Shown piece after piece: positions 40,226 through 48,457 of a stretch of DNA of 64,000 nt. The stretch's first letter is position 1, and the number at the start of each line of letters is the position of its first letter. The notes under the pieces were generated by a model. The model was not told the origin of the DNA. It ran no database searches and was given only the letters and a program-made list of their open reading frames with translations. The stretch is from an archaeon (GTDB lineage Archaea; Nanobdellota; Nanobdellia; Woesearchaeales; UBA9642), in contig JAZDHK010000005.1 of the NCBI GenBank assembly GCA_043806035.1, positions 2,136 through 66,135 of the forward strand, read 5' to 3'. Both the position numbers and the translations under genes were made by a program.

Positions 40226-40545
40226 TATTCCACCACGACTTTCTTGATGACGATCTCCGTCCCCTCAATGAGTTCGGGCATGCCCTTGCAGCTCGGGCAT
40301 TCGATCATGAAGCTGTCATGGCCGCGTTCGAGAATGGTCGGGTGACCGTGGAAACCGCACGTGCATTTTACTCTTGCCTTTTTTTCTCTGTGGTGCAATT
40401 CCCAATCCACGAGGCGCTCAAGGCAGGCCATGAGCTCGTGAGCAGGGACGTGCGCAAGCTCTCCTATCTCCAGATGGAGTTCTTTGACCTTGCCGTGCTT
40501 CTTTGCTTCCTCGATGATGTTCATTGCAATGACTGTTTCGTGCAT
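40225..40545 (-). CDS. hypA: Hydrogenase nickel-insertion protein HypA
   Basis: MHE start. C-terminal CTCG...CPSC zinc finger. 106 aa. Confidence 0.8.
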   Translation of the reverse strand: MHETVIAMNIIEEAKKHGKVKELHLEIGELAHVPAHELMACLERLVDWELHHREKKARVKCTCGFHGHPTILERGHDSFMIECPSCKGMPELIEGTEIVIKKVVVE

Positions 40546-40569
40546 GCAGTCGCTTGAGAAGCGAGGTTT

Positions 40570-41673
40570 TTATGGATTGTGGTTATGTTCGGGAAACAAA
40601 GACAACAGTCCTTGCTCGGATGCAGGACACGTGCCACGTTCGGTGATAAGACCGGTCACGAGCCGTGCAGGGGTAACGTCAAAACCGTAATTCTTCGTAG
40701 GGCTGTTCGTCACTCGCACGTCGACGATATTCCCCTCGTACAATCCTTGGACGTGGGTTACTTCCCCGCTGTCACGCTCCTCAATAGGAATGTTTGCGCC
40801 GTTACGTAACGTCCAGTCGATGGATGCTGATGGCAATGCAACATAGAAGGGGACTTTGTTGTCATTTGCCGCCAACGCCTTCAGATACGTTCCTATTTTG
40901 TTGGCAACATCTCCCGTGCGCGTGGTACGATCACTGCCAACAAGCACGATATCAATAAGATTTTTCTGCATCAGATGCCCTCCCACATTATCAACGATGA
41001 CCGTGTGCGGGATGCCTTGCTGCGCTAGCTCCCATGCCGTGAGTGATGCTCCTTGATTTCTTGGTCGAGTCTCGTCAACATACACGTGTAGGGGCATGCC
41101 TCGCTCATGTGCGGCATAGACCGGAGAGAGTGCCGTGCCATAATCGACCATGGCAAGCCATCCTGCATTGCAATGCGTCAAGACAGTAACATTTCCTTTT
41201 TTTTGGGCAATGTCCTCGAGCAGAGTGAGACCGTACTTGCCGATACGCTTGCACGTATCCACATCCTCATCTGCCATTGCCTCTGCTGTTGTTAGCGCAC
41301 AGGTTATTTTGTCCTGCACGGTTGTTTCTGCAGAGATTGCTGCAACCATACGATCGATCGCCCATGACAAGTTAATTGCAGTGGGACGAGTGCTGCGCAA
41401 TGCTTCTGCCGCAGTCTTCATACACTCATCGAATGATGCTGACTGCACGTTGTCCTGCAGTGCCTGCTTTGCGGCGATATACATGCCATACGCAGCAGCC
41501 ACACCTATCAGTCCCGCACCACGTACGTGCATGTCCTTGATGGCAACGACGACTTGCTCAAGCGTGTACAAGTCCTCTATGACAAATCGGTGAGGAAGAT
41601 ATCGTTGGTCTATGGTCTTGACTGAACCGTGCTCTTGCCAGATGGTGCGATAGTGCTTCCCTCCTACATGCAT
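40570..41673 (-). CDS. eIF-2B alpha/beta/delta-family isomerase (MtnA 5-methylthioribose-1-phosphate isomerase or ribose-1,5-bisphosphate isomerase)
   Basis: HVRGAGLIGVAAAYG and the other family motifs. 367 aa. Confidence 0.8.
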   Translation of the reverse strand: MHVGGKHYRTIWQEHGSVKTIDQRYLPHRFVIEDLYTLEQVVVAIKDMHVRGAGLIGVAAAYGMYIAAKQALQDNVQSASFDECMKTAAEALRSTRPTAINLSWAIDRMVAAISAETTVQDKITCALTTAEAMADEDVDTCKRIGKYGLTLLEDIAQKKGNVTVLTHCNAGWLAMVDYGTALSPVYAAHERGMPLHVYVDETRPRNQGASLTAWELAQQGIPHTVIVDNVGGHLMQKNLIDIVLVGSDRTTRTGDVANKIGTYLKALAANDNKVPFYVALPSASIDWTLRNGANIPIEERDSGEVTHVQGLYEGNIVDVRVTNSPTKNYGFDVTPARLVTGLITERGTCPASEQGLLSLFPEHNHNP

Positions 41674-41738
41674 GCCTGATGAGAATGTGGTGCGTTATTT
41701 ATTCTTTTCCTTCATCGCGCTAGCGACTACAGAAACGC

Positions 41739-41746
41739 ATATAAAT
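41739..41746 (+). promoter_or_regulatory. TATA box (ATATAAAT) about 21 bp upstream of the membrane-protein ATG (leaderless)
   Basis: The motif sits in gcatataaatgtgaggg, in a divergent intergenic region shared with mtnA. Confidence 0.4.
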
Positions 41747-41766
41747 GTGAGGGAGTGTTGCATTCC

Positions 41767-42300
41767 ATGCTCTCGTATGTTCTTGCTACACTTCCTTTCA
41801 TCCAGTTCTTTCTCGTCTGGCAGTTTGCCGCACGATTCAAGAGGATTGATTCGTTCTTGCACAACTATGCATTGGTGTATTTGGATTGGTTCTTTGTCCC
41901 GTTCAATTTTTTGTTTCCTCTTGCCGTGCCGTTCTCGCCGCTGATTCTTCTCTGGCTACTTCTGGGTTTGATTGCCAGCTGGCTCATGCACGCAGTATGG
42001 AAATCCTTGCCGAAAAAACCGGCAGAGACAAAACTCTTTACTTCAGAGAAAGGGCTCACGCCGGAAGGCTGGACGCATTTTGTGTTTATGACAGTGCAGC
42101 TTGCATTGATCATCAGTGCACTGCTCGCTCCTGCGTCTTCGTATCTGTGCATCATGCTTTGTGTGCTGCTTGCCTATCTTCTTGCCTTTGTGGCGATTGT
42201 TGTTTTTGTGCGCAAAATAAGATTGAGAAGCAGGTTTGATTGGCCGTTCATTGTTATTGGTATCGTTGTTGTTTTGGCTAGGCTTATTTTTTCTTTATGA
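41767..42300 (+). CDS. Hypothetical integral membrane protein (4-5 TM)
   Basis: Hydrophobic segments throughout. The ATG at 41767 is preferred over the listed GTG at 41755. Confidence 0.5.
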   Translation: MLSYVLATLPFIQFFLVWQFAARFKRIDSFLHNYALVYLDWFFVPFNFLFPLAVPFSPLILLWLLLGLIASWLMHAVWKSLPKKPAETKLFTSEKGLTPEGWTHFVFMTVQLALIISALLAPASSYLCIMLCVLLAYLLAFVAIVVFVRKIRLRSRFDWPFIVIGIVVVLARLIFSL

Positions 42301-42308
42301 AGAACTAT

Positions 42309-42422
42309 TGCGGGGAGGAGGATTCGAACCCCCGAAGGCACTAAGCCACATGGCGTTTCTATCTGAAAGCGTTGCTTCCAGATGCCTGAACCATGCCCGA
42401 TTGGCCGCTCCGGCACCCCCGC
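42309..42422 (-). tRNA. tRNA-Leu (anticodon CAG), type II with a long variable arm, containing a 31-nt intron at the canonical 37/38 position
   Basis: The reverse complement folds as: acceptor GCGGGGG/TCCCCGC plus A, D-arm CCG-GAGCGGCCAAT-CGG, anticodon stem CATGG/CCATG with loop TTCAGGC, variable arm TGGCTTAGTGCC, T-arm GGGGG-TTCGAAT-CCTCC. Confidence 0.7.
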
Positions 42423-43240
42423 AAAATCATGTTTAGTTTACGGACTTTCTTCTTACACGTCAGTAGACGCTGTTCTTTTATAAGTTTAACGTATCCGACA
42501 GGTATCCTAAGTTCATAGTGCAGTCCGACTGATTCCCCTATATACACGCGTACGGGATAGATTGTTGAACATATGCCTAATCGCATAAGTGACGATGCAA
42601 TATCTCTGAGTATGTTCGATTGAGGAACGCTTCGGAGGGTTTCTTTTACCTTGTTCCATCTGACAAAATACACCCGTCTATCTTTCATGTTGTATGCATT
42701 TGCCTGCCGTATCAGTTGATTCCTTGTTTTCGCGTCAACAAAAAGACGAACAGACTGCTGCACTGCTACCGTTTTGTGAACACTTGCCTCTGCATTGAAA
42801 AATCCACGAATGAATGCTACATGCATTTCCTTATTTTGAAGAATGTGCAGTGGAGCATTGGGGTTTATTGCGCTTTTTTTTCCTGCAGGATACCCTAACG
42901 AGGCCATGTGCTTTGCAAGGCTCCTTCTGAACCGAACAACAAATATGCCTTCTTTTTTCTGAATCTTCGGTTTGAATCCAAAAACGAACTGAGTTAGGGT
43001 GCTTGCTCTGCGAACGAGATCTTTCTCGTCATGAGAGAAGGTGAGTACAAGATTATAGAGTCCCCCTCGCGTGTTCTTGTATTTGTGCAGCGAACCGTCA
43101 CCGTAGAGATTGCCGAGCAATTCAGCAAATGCCTCTGCTTTCTTTTTCTTGAATGTTGATGATGGATTGTATGTTGTCGATCTTCCTCGCATGGCGTTTT
43201 TGCTTTCTTGAGTTCTTTGCGTATCTGTTCCCTGCCACAC
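42359..43240 (-). CDS. LAGLIDADG homing endonuclease (double-motif), possibly degenerate. The C-terminal 64 nt read into the tRNA-Leu 5' exon and stop inside its intron.
   Basis: LLGNLYGDGSL (motif 1) and IRGFFNAEASV (motif 2). 293 aa. The N-terminal 35 aa are low-complexity. Confidence 0.6.
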   Translation of the reverse strand: MWQGTDTQRTQESKNAMRGRSTTYNPSSTFKKKKAEAFAELLGNLYGDGSLHKYKNTRGGLYNLVLTFSHDEKDLVRRASTLTQFVFGFKPKIQKKEGIFVVRFRRSLAKHMASLGYPAGKKSAINPNAPLHILQNKEMHVAFIRGFFNAEASVHKTVAVQQSVRLFVDAKTRNQLIRQANAYNMKDRRVYFVRWNKVKETLRSVPQSNILRDIASSLMRLGICSTIYPVRVYIGESVGLHYELRIPVGYVKLIKEQRLLTCKKKVRKLNMILRGCRSGQSGMVQASGSNAFR

Positions 43241-43356
43241 CTCACAGCAAGTGCCTCGATAGCATGTATACTATTGCCTTGCTTATACAACCGTATTATT
43301 CTTTCGCGAAGATCTCTTCTCATCTGGGTGCAGGAGAGGAAGATGAATATAAACAT
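42994..43356 (-). CDS. HTH-containing ORF overlapping the LAGLIDADG ORF out of frame. It could be a frameshifted N-terminal DNA-binding part of the same element.
   Basis: RRDLRERIIRLYKQGNSIHAIEALAVRCGREQIRKELKK is a helix-turn-helix-like stretch. The remainder is low-complexity basic sequence. Confidence 0.3.
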   Translation of the reverse strand: MFIFIFLSCTQMRRDLRERIIRLYKQGNSIHAIEALAVRCGREQIRKELKKAKTPCEEDRQHTIHHQHSRKRKQRHLLNCSAISTVTVRCTNTRTREGDSIILYSPSLMTRKISFAEQAP

Positions 43357-43405
43357 TACCGTTTGACCACCGAAGAATTTTCAAATCAATCTAGTGGGTA
43401 AATAG

Positions 43406-43478
43406 TGGGGCTGGTGAGATTTGAACTCACGACATCCACCATGTGAGGGTGGCGTCATAACCACTAGACCACAGCCCC
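43406..43478 (-). tRNA. tRNA-Val (anticodon CAC), no intron
   Basis: The reverse complement GGGGCTGTGGTCTAGTGGTTATGACGCCACCCTCACATGGTGGATGTCGTGAGTTCAAATCTCACCAGCCCCA folds as a canonical cloverleaf. Confidence 0.85.
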
Positions 43479-43503
43479 GTGCCTGCCACAAACCCCGCTG
43501 CTT

Positions 43504-43977
43504 TTAAATACTTTTCTGCAAACGTATTTTTATCTGTTCTATCTTTTCCTTGTCTTTCTCTCTGCCCAATCGCTGATATGCAGCGAGTTCTTCCTCGAGC
43601 GGGCACAGAGGCAGTGCACGTCCTTGATACGTGATGTAGTGTGTTTTAGGAAAGAACGGTCGTTCTTGCCAGACGCTGTCAATGCAGATTTCCTTGTGTG
43701 CCATCACTTCTACACTTGTGTCATCGATAGTGTATGCGTCAAGATACGAACCCGTGCTTCCTGTCCGCGTGTAGCGCGTTGGCTTAATCGTATACTTTTG
43801 TAGACGCTCGCGTATGCGCGTCATGCCTTCTTGCGTGGTGAGCACATCGACATCATTCGGCTGTAGAGGGATGTCTTGCAGGGCAAGATTCGTGCTGGCA
43901 ACGACCATCCAGGGAATGCCGTGCAGCTTATCCTGCAAAACGCACAGTGTGCTTTTAATGTTTTCTGGAATCATCAT
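43504..43977 (-). CDS. Hypothetical protein, possibly a nucleotidyltransferase fold (D-x-D-like NDVDVL)
   Basis: Weak motif only. 157 aa. Confidence 0.35.
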   Translation of the reverse strand: MMIPENIKSTLCVLQDKLHGIPWMVVASTNLALQDIPLQPNDVDVLTTQEGMTRIRERLQKYTIKPTRYTRTGSTGSYLDAYTIDDTSVEVMAHKEICIDSVWQERPFFPKTHYITYQGRALPLCPLEEELAAYQRLGREKDKEKIEQIKIRLQKSI

Positions 43978-44026
43978 GCATTGGCGGATAGTAACTATTA
44001 TAAAGTATTCTTTTCATCTGTAATGC

Positions 44027-44488
44027 ATGGATTGGAAGGAGGCGTTCTCTCGGCTTCAGGAATCTCCACTATTTGCAGGACATACGAAAGACTGCTATCT
44101 CGTTCACGTGTTTAGCATGTTTGGCCAGGCATGGCAGTTCGGCTACTACCATCCAGAAACGGACAAAGTCATCGTCTTCACGGTTGCTGATGCAGTAAGT
44201 GTAGAGCCGCCGCAGGAAGCGGCGAAGGAAGGAAGGACCATACTACAATTGCACATTGAGAACGTAACCGTTAGCCCAGACCGGGCTTTGGCCATCCTTG
44301 AAAAGAGAAGGCAGGCTGAATTTCCCGCGGATCTTCCCGACAAGACCATACTGTTGCTGCAGCGCCTTGATAGACCTGTATGGAATATTACGCTGATTAC
44401 CCTCACGTTTGCTATTCTCAATGCGAAGATCGATGCGGAGACGGGCGAGGTATTGTCGCTGAAGAAAGAGACGTTACTCCGCTGGTAA
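44027..44488 (+). CDS. Hypothetical protein with a PepSY-like C-terminal segment
   Basis: ILNAKIDAETGEVLSLKKE resembles the PepSY end motif. 153 aa. Confidence 0.35.
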   Translation: MDWKEAFSRLQESPLFAGHTKDCYLVHVFSMFGQAWQFGYYHPETDKVIVFTVADAVSVEPPQEAAKEGRTILQLHIENVTVSPDRALAILEKRRQAEFPADLPDKTILLLQRLDRPVWNITLITLTFAILNAKIDAETGEVLSLKKETLLRW

Positions 44489-44633
44489 AGTGAAACGAAA
44501 CTTTTTTTAAAAATGTTCTAGAAAAATTATGGTGACGCAACATGTGCTTTCTTAAGAAAGAGATTTCATGCTATAGTTAGCATCCCCATTTTATTTATAT
44601 ATGAGTGCGTGCAAGGGAACAAGTAGGTGTGTT

Positions 44634-44714
44634 ATGGCAAAAGTGAGTTATGAAGCGATGAAAAGCAGCCACGATCTCAGCAAATTCTTCAAAGAGGAAG
44701 AAGACGAGGCATGA
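44634..44714 (+). CDS. Candidate 26-aa upstream ORF (MAKVSYEAMKSSHDLSKFFKEEEDEA). Its TGA overlaps the cdd ATG (ATGA).
   Basis: A TATA-like box (tttatata, about 44593-44600) lies 35 bp upstream. The ORF is too short for the ORF track. Confidence 0.25.
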   Translation: MAKVSYEAMKSSHDLSKFFKEEEDEA

Positions 44715-45157
44715 ATTCTCCGCTCAAACAGAAACTTATCAATGCGGCTATCACCGCAAATGATTTTGCATTCCATCCGATAACGGACGGCACGGTGGGC
44801 GCTGCATTGCTGACGACAGAGGATGAGATTTTTCACGGCTGCAACGTGCAAACAACCATCGCAGGACTGGGCTGCTGTGCCGAGCAATGTGCAATCTATA
44901 ACGCCGTTGTGCATGGCAAGTACAACTTCAAAGCGATCGCCGTCTACTATCCGAAAGAGCGGTTTCTCAAGCCGTGCGGGTGCTGTCTGCAATTGCTCAA
45001 TGAGTTCGCGCAGCTGATAGACAAGGACATAGAGATCATCATGGTCAACAAAGAAATGAAAGTGAAAACAACAACCGTGTTCAAAGAGCTAACAGACGCA
45101 TACGGTCCAAGAGTCGCGGGAAAGAACATTGCGCCGTACCAGCGGAATAGACAATAA
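44711..45157 (+). CDS. cdd: Cytidine deaminase
   Basis: CAEQCAI (C/H-A-E) and PCGCC zinc-binding motifs. 148 aa. Confidence 0.8.
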   Translation: MNSPLKQKLINAAITANDFAFHPITDGTVGAALLTTEDEIFHGCNVQTTIAGLGCCAEQCAIYNAVVHGKYNFKAIAVYYPKERFLKPCGCCLQLLNEFAQLIDKDIEIIMVNKEMKVKTTTVFKELTDAYGPRVAGKNIAPYQRNRQ

Positions 45158-45380
45158 TAACAGTTTTGTCCCTTAACATGCTCTTAGGCGAATGGTCGTG
45201 CCATGCTCCGTTTCAGCAGGTCTTTGGCATCTCGTACCGAGGATTCTCGTCACCCATTGCGCGCATCATGACTCCGCCCGATGGCATTATTTGCCCAAGA
45301 TTCCCCTTAAAAAAAAATTTATAAACACTCATATCAAATTTCCTCCCAAAGAGCGTGAAAAATCAGTTTGGAGGGAAATC

Positions 45381-46091
45381 ATGAAGAAAGTGTTTGTAGC
45401 ATTGGCCCTTTTTGTTGCTGTGCTGTTCATCGCAGGATGCGCTGGCCAAGCAACGAAGGCAGTAGTGGCAAAAGACGCCCAGAGTGCAAGGATTGAGCCC
45501 GAGCAAGTAAGACCTGACGTTATAGATACGGGAGCAGCTGTTAAAAAGAATACTACAAACAGTACTAATGTGAGCGCTTCATGCACCGACTCAGATGGTG
45601 GTCTGAACTATTACACGTATGGATGGGTAAGTGGTTATATGGCAGGTAATGGATCTCCATACACGTTCTATGACTCCTGCTCTGGCAACAATGTAAATGA
45701 ATGGTATTGTAGCGGCAGTGCGGCAGCAATAGACCATTACACCTGCCCCTTCGGTTGCAGTAATGGAACGTGCGTGAATCAGTCGAATCAGCCGCCAAGC
45801 CTGACGTATTATTACGTTCAGTACCAGTACACGAACACAACATATGCCACGAGTAACGTGACGTGGTCGGCATCTGATGCGAACGGTAACATGGCATATG
45901 TGGAGTTGAAGTCCTATCGTAACGGCGTAATCCAGAGCACGTCAACTTTCCCCTGTACGGGATCCTCTTGCTCGGGATCGACGTTAGTGACGAGGAACCA
46001 GACTGGCTACTACGTCTATAATGCGACTGCTGTGGATGCCGCATCTGCAAGAAGCGCTATACTCTCGCGCTGGCTCTTCTACGTACCATAA
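45381..46091 (+). CDS. Secreted or lipoprotein-like Cys/Ser/Thr/Asn-rich hypothetical protein
   Basis: The internal Met (MKKVFVALALFVAVLFIAGCAG) is a signal peptide with a lipobox-like AGC. A GGAGGG SD lies 7 nt upstream. The listed 45192 start is spurious. Confidence 0.5.
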   Translation: MKKVFVALALFVAVLFIAGCAGQATKAVVAKDAQSARIEPEQVRPDVIDTGAAVKKNTTNSTNVSASCTDSDGGLNYYTYGWVSGYMAGNGSPYTFYDSCSGNNVNEWYCSGSAAAIDHYTCPFGCSNGTCVNQSNQPPSLTYYYVQYQYTNTTYATSNVTWSASDANGNMAYVELKSYRNGVIQSTSTFPCTGSSCSGSTLVTRNQTGYYVYNATAVDAASARSAILSRWLFYVP

Positions 46092-46097
46092 TTTTTT

Positions 46098-46637
46098 TTA
46101 TACTCTTTTTTTTTCTTGTTTCTCATGCAGCGTCTTCTGTCCTGGATGCCAGTCAATGGGGCAGAGCCCTCCTGTCTGTAATGCCTGTACAACGCGTAGC
46201 GTTTCGTCAACACTCCTGCCAACATTCAGGTCAGACACGACAATGTACTGTATGATTCCTTCTGGGTTGATGATGAACGTTCCCCTGTAGGCAATGCCTT
46301 CATCCTCCTTCAGCACACCATACGCTTTGCTGATGGCATGGCTGGTGTCTGCGAGGATGGGGAATTTCACATCAGGCAGGTCTTTCTCGAACCAGGCCTT
46401 GTGGCTGTATGCAGAATCGGTGCTGCACCCCAATACTTGCGCGTTGAGCTTCTTGAACTCTTCCTCCTTTGCCGCAAAGCCTCTGATTTCGGTAGGGCAG
46501 ACGAACGTGAAGTCCAAAGGGTAGAAGAACAGGACGACCCATTTTCCTTTGTACTCTTTGAGCGTAAGGCGCTTTACCTGTCCGGCAACGTATGCTTCTG
46601 CATCGAATTCTGGCGCTGTATCATTAATCATGACCAT
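46098..46637 (-). CDS. Peroxiredoxin (2-Cys Prx/AhpC-type)
   Basis: FTFVCPTEI peroxidatic Cys motif. The ATG at 46637 is preceded by a GAGGTGG SD. The listed GTG at 46646 overlaps that SD. Confidence 0.9.
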   Translation of the reverse strand: MVMINDTAPEFDAEAYVAGQVKRLTLKEYKGKWVVLFFYPLDFTFVCPTEIRGFAAKEEEFKKLNAQVLGCSTDSAYSHKAWFEKDLPDVKFPILADTSHAISKAYGVLKEDEGIAYRGTFIINPEGIIQYIVVSDLNVGRSVDETLRVVQALQTGGLCPIDWHPGQKTLHEKQEKKRV

Positions 46638-46729
46638 TAATACCACCTCAAGAACTAATTGAAGAAAATTCTGCTCATTTTTAAATATTGTGAAGTACTT
46701 TTATATATTGCAGTTCATTTCTCTCCTCC

Positions 46730-47116
46730 ATGAATGCACTGGTATTACGCGGCCATCATCTCTGTACGGTGTGTGGGTACATCTGCCATAAGGAAATGCA
46801 CGAAACGCGCGATCCCTTCCAGGACTATCGGAAACACAAGTATGGAGAAGCGTTCATAACTCATTGCAGAACCTGGCATGAGCTACTCTACCAGCAGCCC
46901 TCTCAAAAGATTACGATCGTCAGTAACGTCTTTGACCTGTTCTGCCAAGGACCGTGCGGCATGAAGAGCCCTGCTTGTCTGGAAGGGGATGCTGATATTC
47001 GTGAATCAGAGAAACTAGGATTTCACGTAGGAAACACGTACACGATGCGTGATGTCATCTCTGTCGTGAGGGAAAAGTACGGACTCTGGCCCCTCGATTT
47101 GGGCAGGGCATGGTAG
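46730..47116 (+). CDS. Cys/His-rich hypothetical protein
   Basis: CTVCGYICHKEMH and CQGPCGMKSPAC clusters. 128 aa, no family recognised. Confidence 0.35.
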   Translation: MNALVLRGHHLCTVCGYICHKEMHETRDPFQDYRKHKYGEAFITHCRTWHELLYQQPSQKITIVSNVFDLFCQGPCGMKSPACLEGDADIRESEKLGFHVGNTYTMRDVISVVREKYGLWPLDLGRAW

Positions 47117-47802
47117 CACAAGTCATAAAAAGAGTGGACTTCTTAGTTTGTGTAATGATCCTTGCCGAGCAAGCATTCCACGAACTGTATCCCGAAAAGC
47201 AAGAACGCAGAACATTCTCGCTCAAATACTCCAGAGCTCTCAAATGCTACAACGCAAACGTCAAAGCATCTTCTTTTCTTATTGCATTCAAGCTCAGCCG
47301 TGCCTGGAAGGACATCAGTCCGGACATTCAGAAAGGCCTGCTGCAATCCTTGCTTGTGAAACTGTTCAAGGAAAAGAAAAGGACGACAGAGATGGAGCTG
47401 TACGATGCTTTCCTGAAAAACCTAAGCGATTATGCCATAGTCCAAAAGACGGACAGCGTCCTTGAGGCGAGCTTTTCCCGCATGAACGAGAAATTCTTTA
47501 ATGGTATGCTTGACAAGCCAAACTTGTTGTGGGGCAGTGAGAGTCTTGCCAAGCTCGGCCATTACGAATACGCAACAAACACTATCGTCATCAGCACTAT
47601 ACTCAGAGAAGATCAGTTCTTGCTGGATTACGTCATGTATCATGAGATGCTCCACAAGAAGCTCAAGTTTCACAGTTCTGGCATGAAGACCTACCATCAC
47701 ACGCGACAGTTCAAGGATCTCGAGGCGAGATACGCGTCTGGTGCGGAACAACGCCTTCACACCTTTCTCAGAAAGAAACGATGGAAACGGTTCTGGTTCT
47801 GA
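47110..47802 (+). CDS. SprT-like zinc metalloprotease-domain protein (HEMLH motif)
   Basis: YVMYHEMLHKKL is an HExxH motif with SprT-like surrounding context. 230 aa. Confidence 0.45.
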   Translation: MVAQVIKRVDFLVCVMILAEQAFHELYPEKQERRTFSLKYSRALKCYNANVKASSFLIAFKLSRAWKDISPDIQKGLLQSLLVKLFKEKKRTTEMELYDAFLKNLSDYAIVQKTDSVLEASFSRMNEKFFNGMLDKPNLLWGSESLAKLGHYEYATNTIVISTILREDQFLLDYVMYHEMLHKKLKFHSSGMKTYHHTRQFKDLEARYASGAEQRLHTFLRKKRWKRFWF

Positions 47803-47860
47803 TATCCTGTTTTCACGAAAAAAGCAACCTTTTTAAACTCGCACAAAATTCTGCATGTGC

Positions 47861-48259
47861 ATGGCAGGAGTAATCCAAAAGAGCGTCGGCTCACTGCAGA
47901 AGGGCAATTATATCGTCATCGATGGGGTGGCCTGCTCTGTTTCGGGCACGCAAGTAAGCCGTCCGGGGAAGCACGGACATGCGAAAGTGCGCCTTGATGC
48001 GGTAGGCTTGATTGATGGCAAGAAGAAGCAGATCGTCATGCCCGGTCATGACAACGTTGACGTTCCCATCATCGAGAAAAAGACCGCCCAAGTGCTCAGT
48101 GTCCATGAGGATACGGCAAATGTCATGGATGCCGAGACGTATGAGACGTTTGACCTAAAAATCCCTGAAGAGCTCAAGGACGAGTGCAGGGATGGCGTCT
48201 CCATCCTGTACTGGGAGATACTCACGGACAAGGTCATGAAACAGATTAAGAAAGAATGA
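47861..48259 (+). CDS. eif5a: Translation initiation factor 5A (aIF-5A, hypusine-containing)
   Basis: SRPGKHGHAKV hypusination loop. The MAGVIQ start is preferred. A TATA-like box (ttttaaa) lies about 25 bp upstream. Confidence 0.85.
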   Translation: MAGVIQKSVGSLQKGNYIVIDGVACSVSGTQVSRPGKHGHAKVRLDAVGLIDGKKKQIVMPGHDNVDVPIIEKKTAQVLSVHEDTANVMDAETYETFDLKIPEELKDECRDGVSILYWEILTDKVMKQIKKE

Positions 48260-48263
48260 GATC

Positions 48264-48425
48264 ATGGTAAAGTTTCCAGAGGCGGCAGCCCGCATAACAC
48301 AGAACATCTTCGTCTGCAGGATCTGCAAAAGCAAGATTAGAACGAGCAATATGCGCGTCCTCGCAGGAAAGGTACGTTGCAGGAAGTGCCACAGCAAAGC
48401 GCTCCGACCTGCTCGCAGAAAGTAA
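48264..48425 (+). CDS. rpl40e: Ribosomal protein L40e (53 aa, C4 zinc-binding)
   Basis: Hand translation: MVKFPEAAARITQNIFVCRICKSKIRTSNMRVLAGKVRCRKCHSKALRPARRK. It is absent from the ORF track because it is shorter than 60 aa. It lies directly downstream of aIF-5A. Confidence 0.7.
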   Translation: MVKFPEAAARITQNIFVCRICKSKIRTSNMRVLAGKVRCRKCHSKALRPARRK

Positions 48426-48457
48426 ACTTTTTAAACAACACCTTTCTTTGCTGTCCC

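Noticed and set aside
42174-42416. 80-aa minus-strand ORF 'MPERPIGHGSGIWKQRFQIETPCGLV...' overlapping tRNA-Leu
   Set aside because: It is a translation of the tRNA-Leu exon and intron sequence in another frame. It has no coding features.
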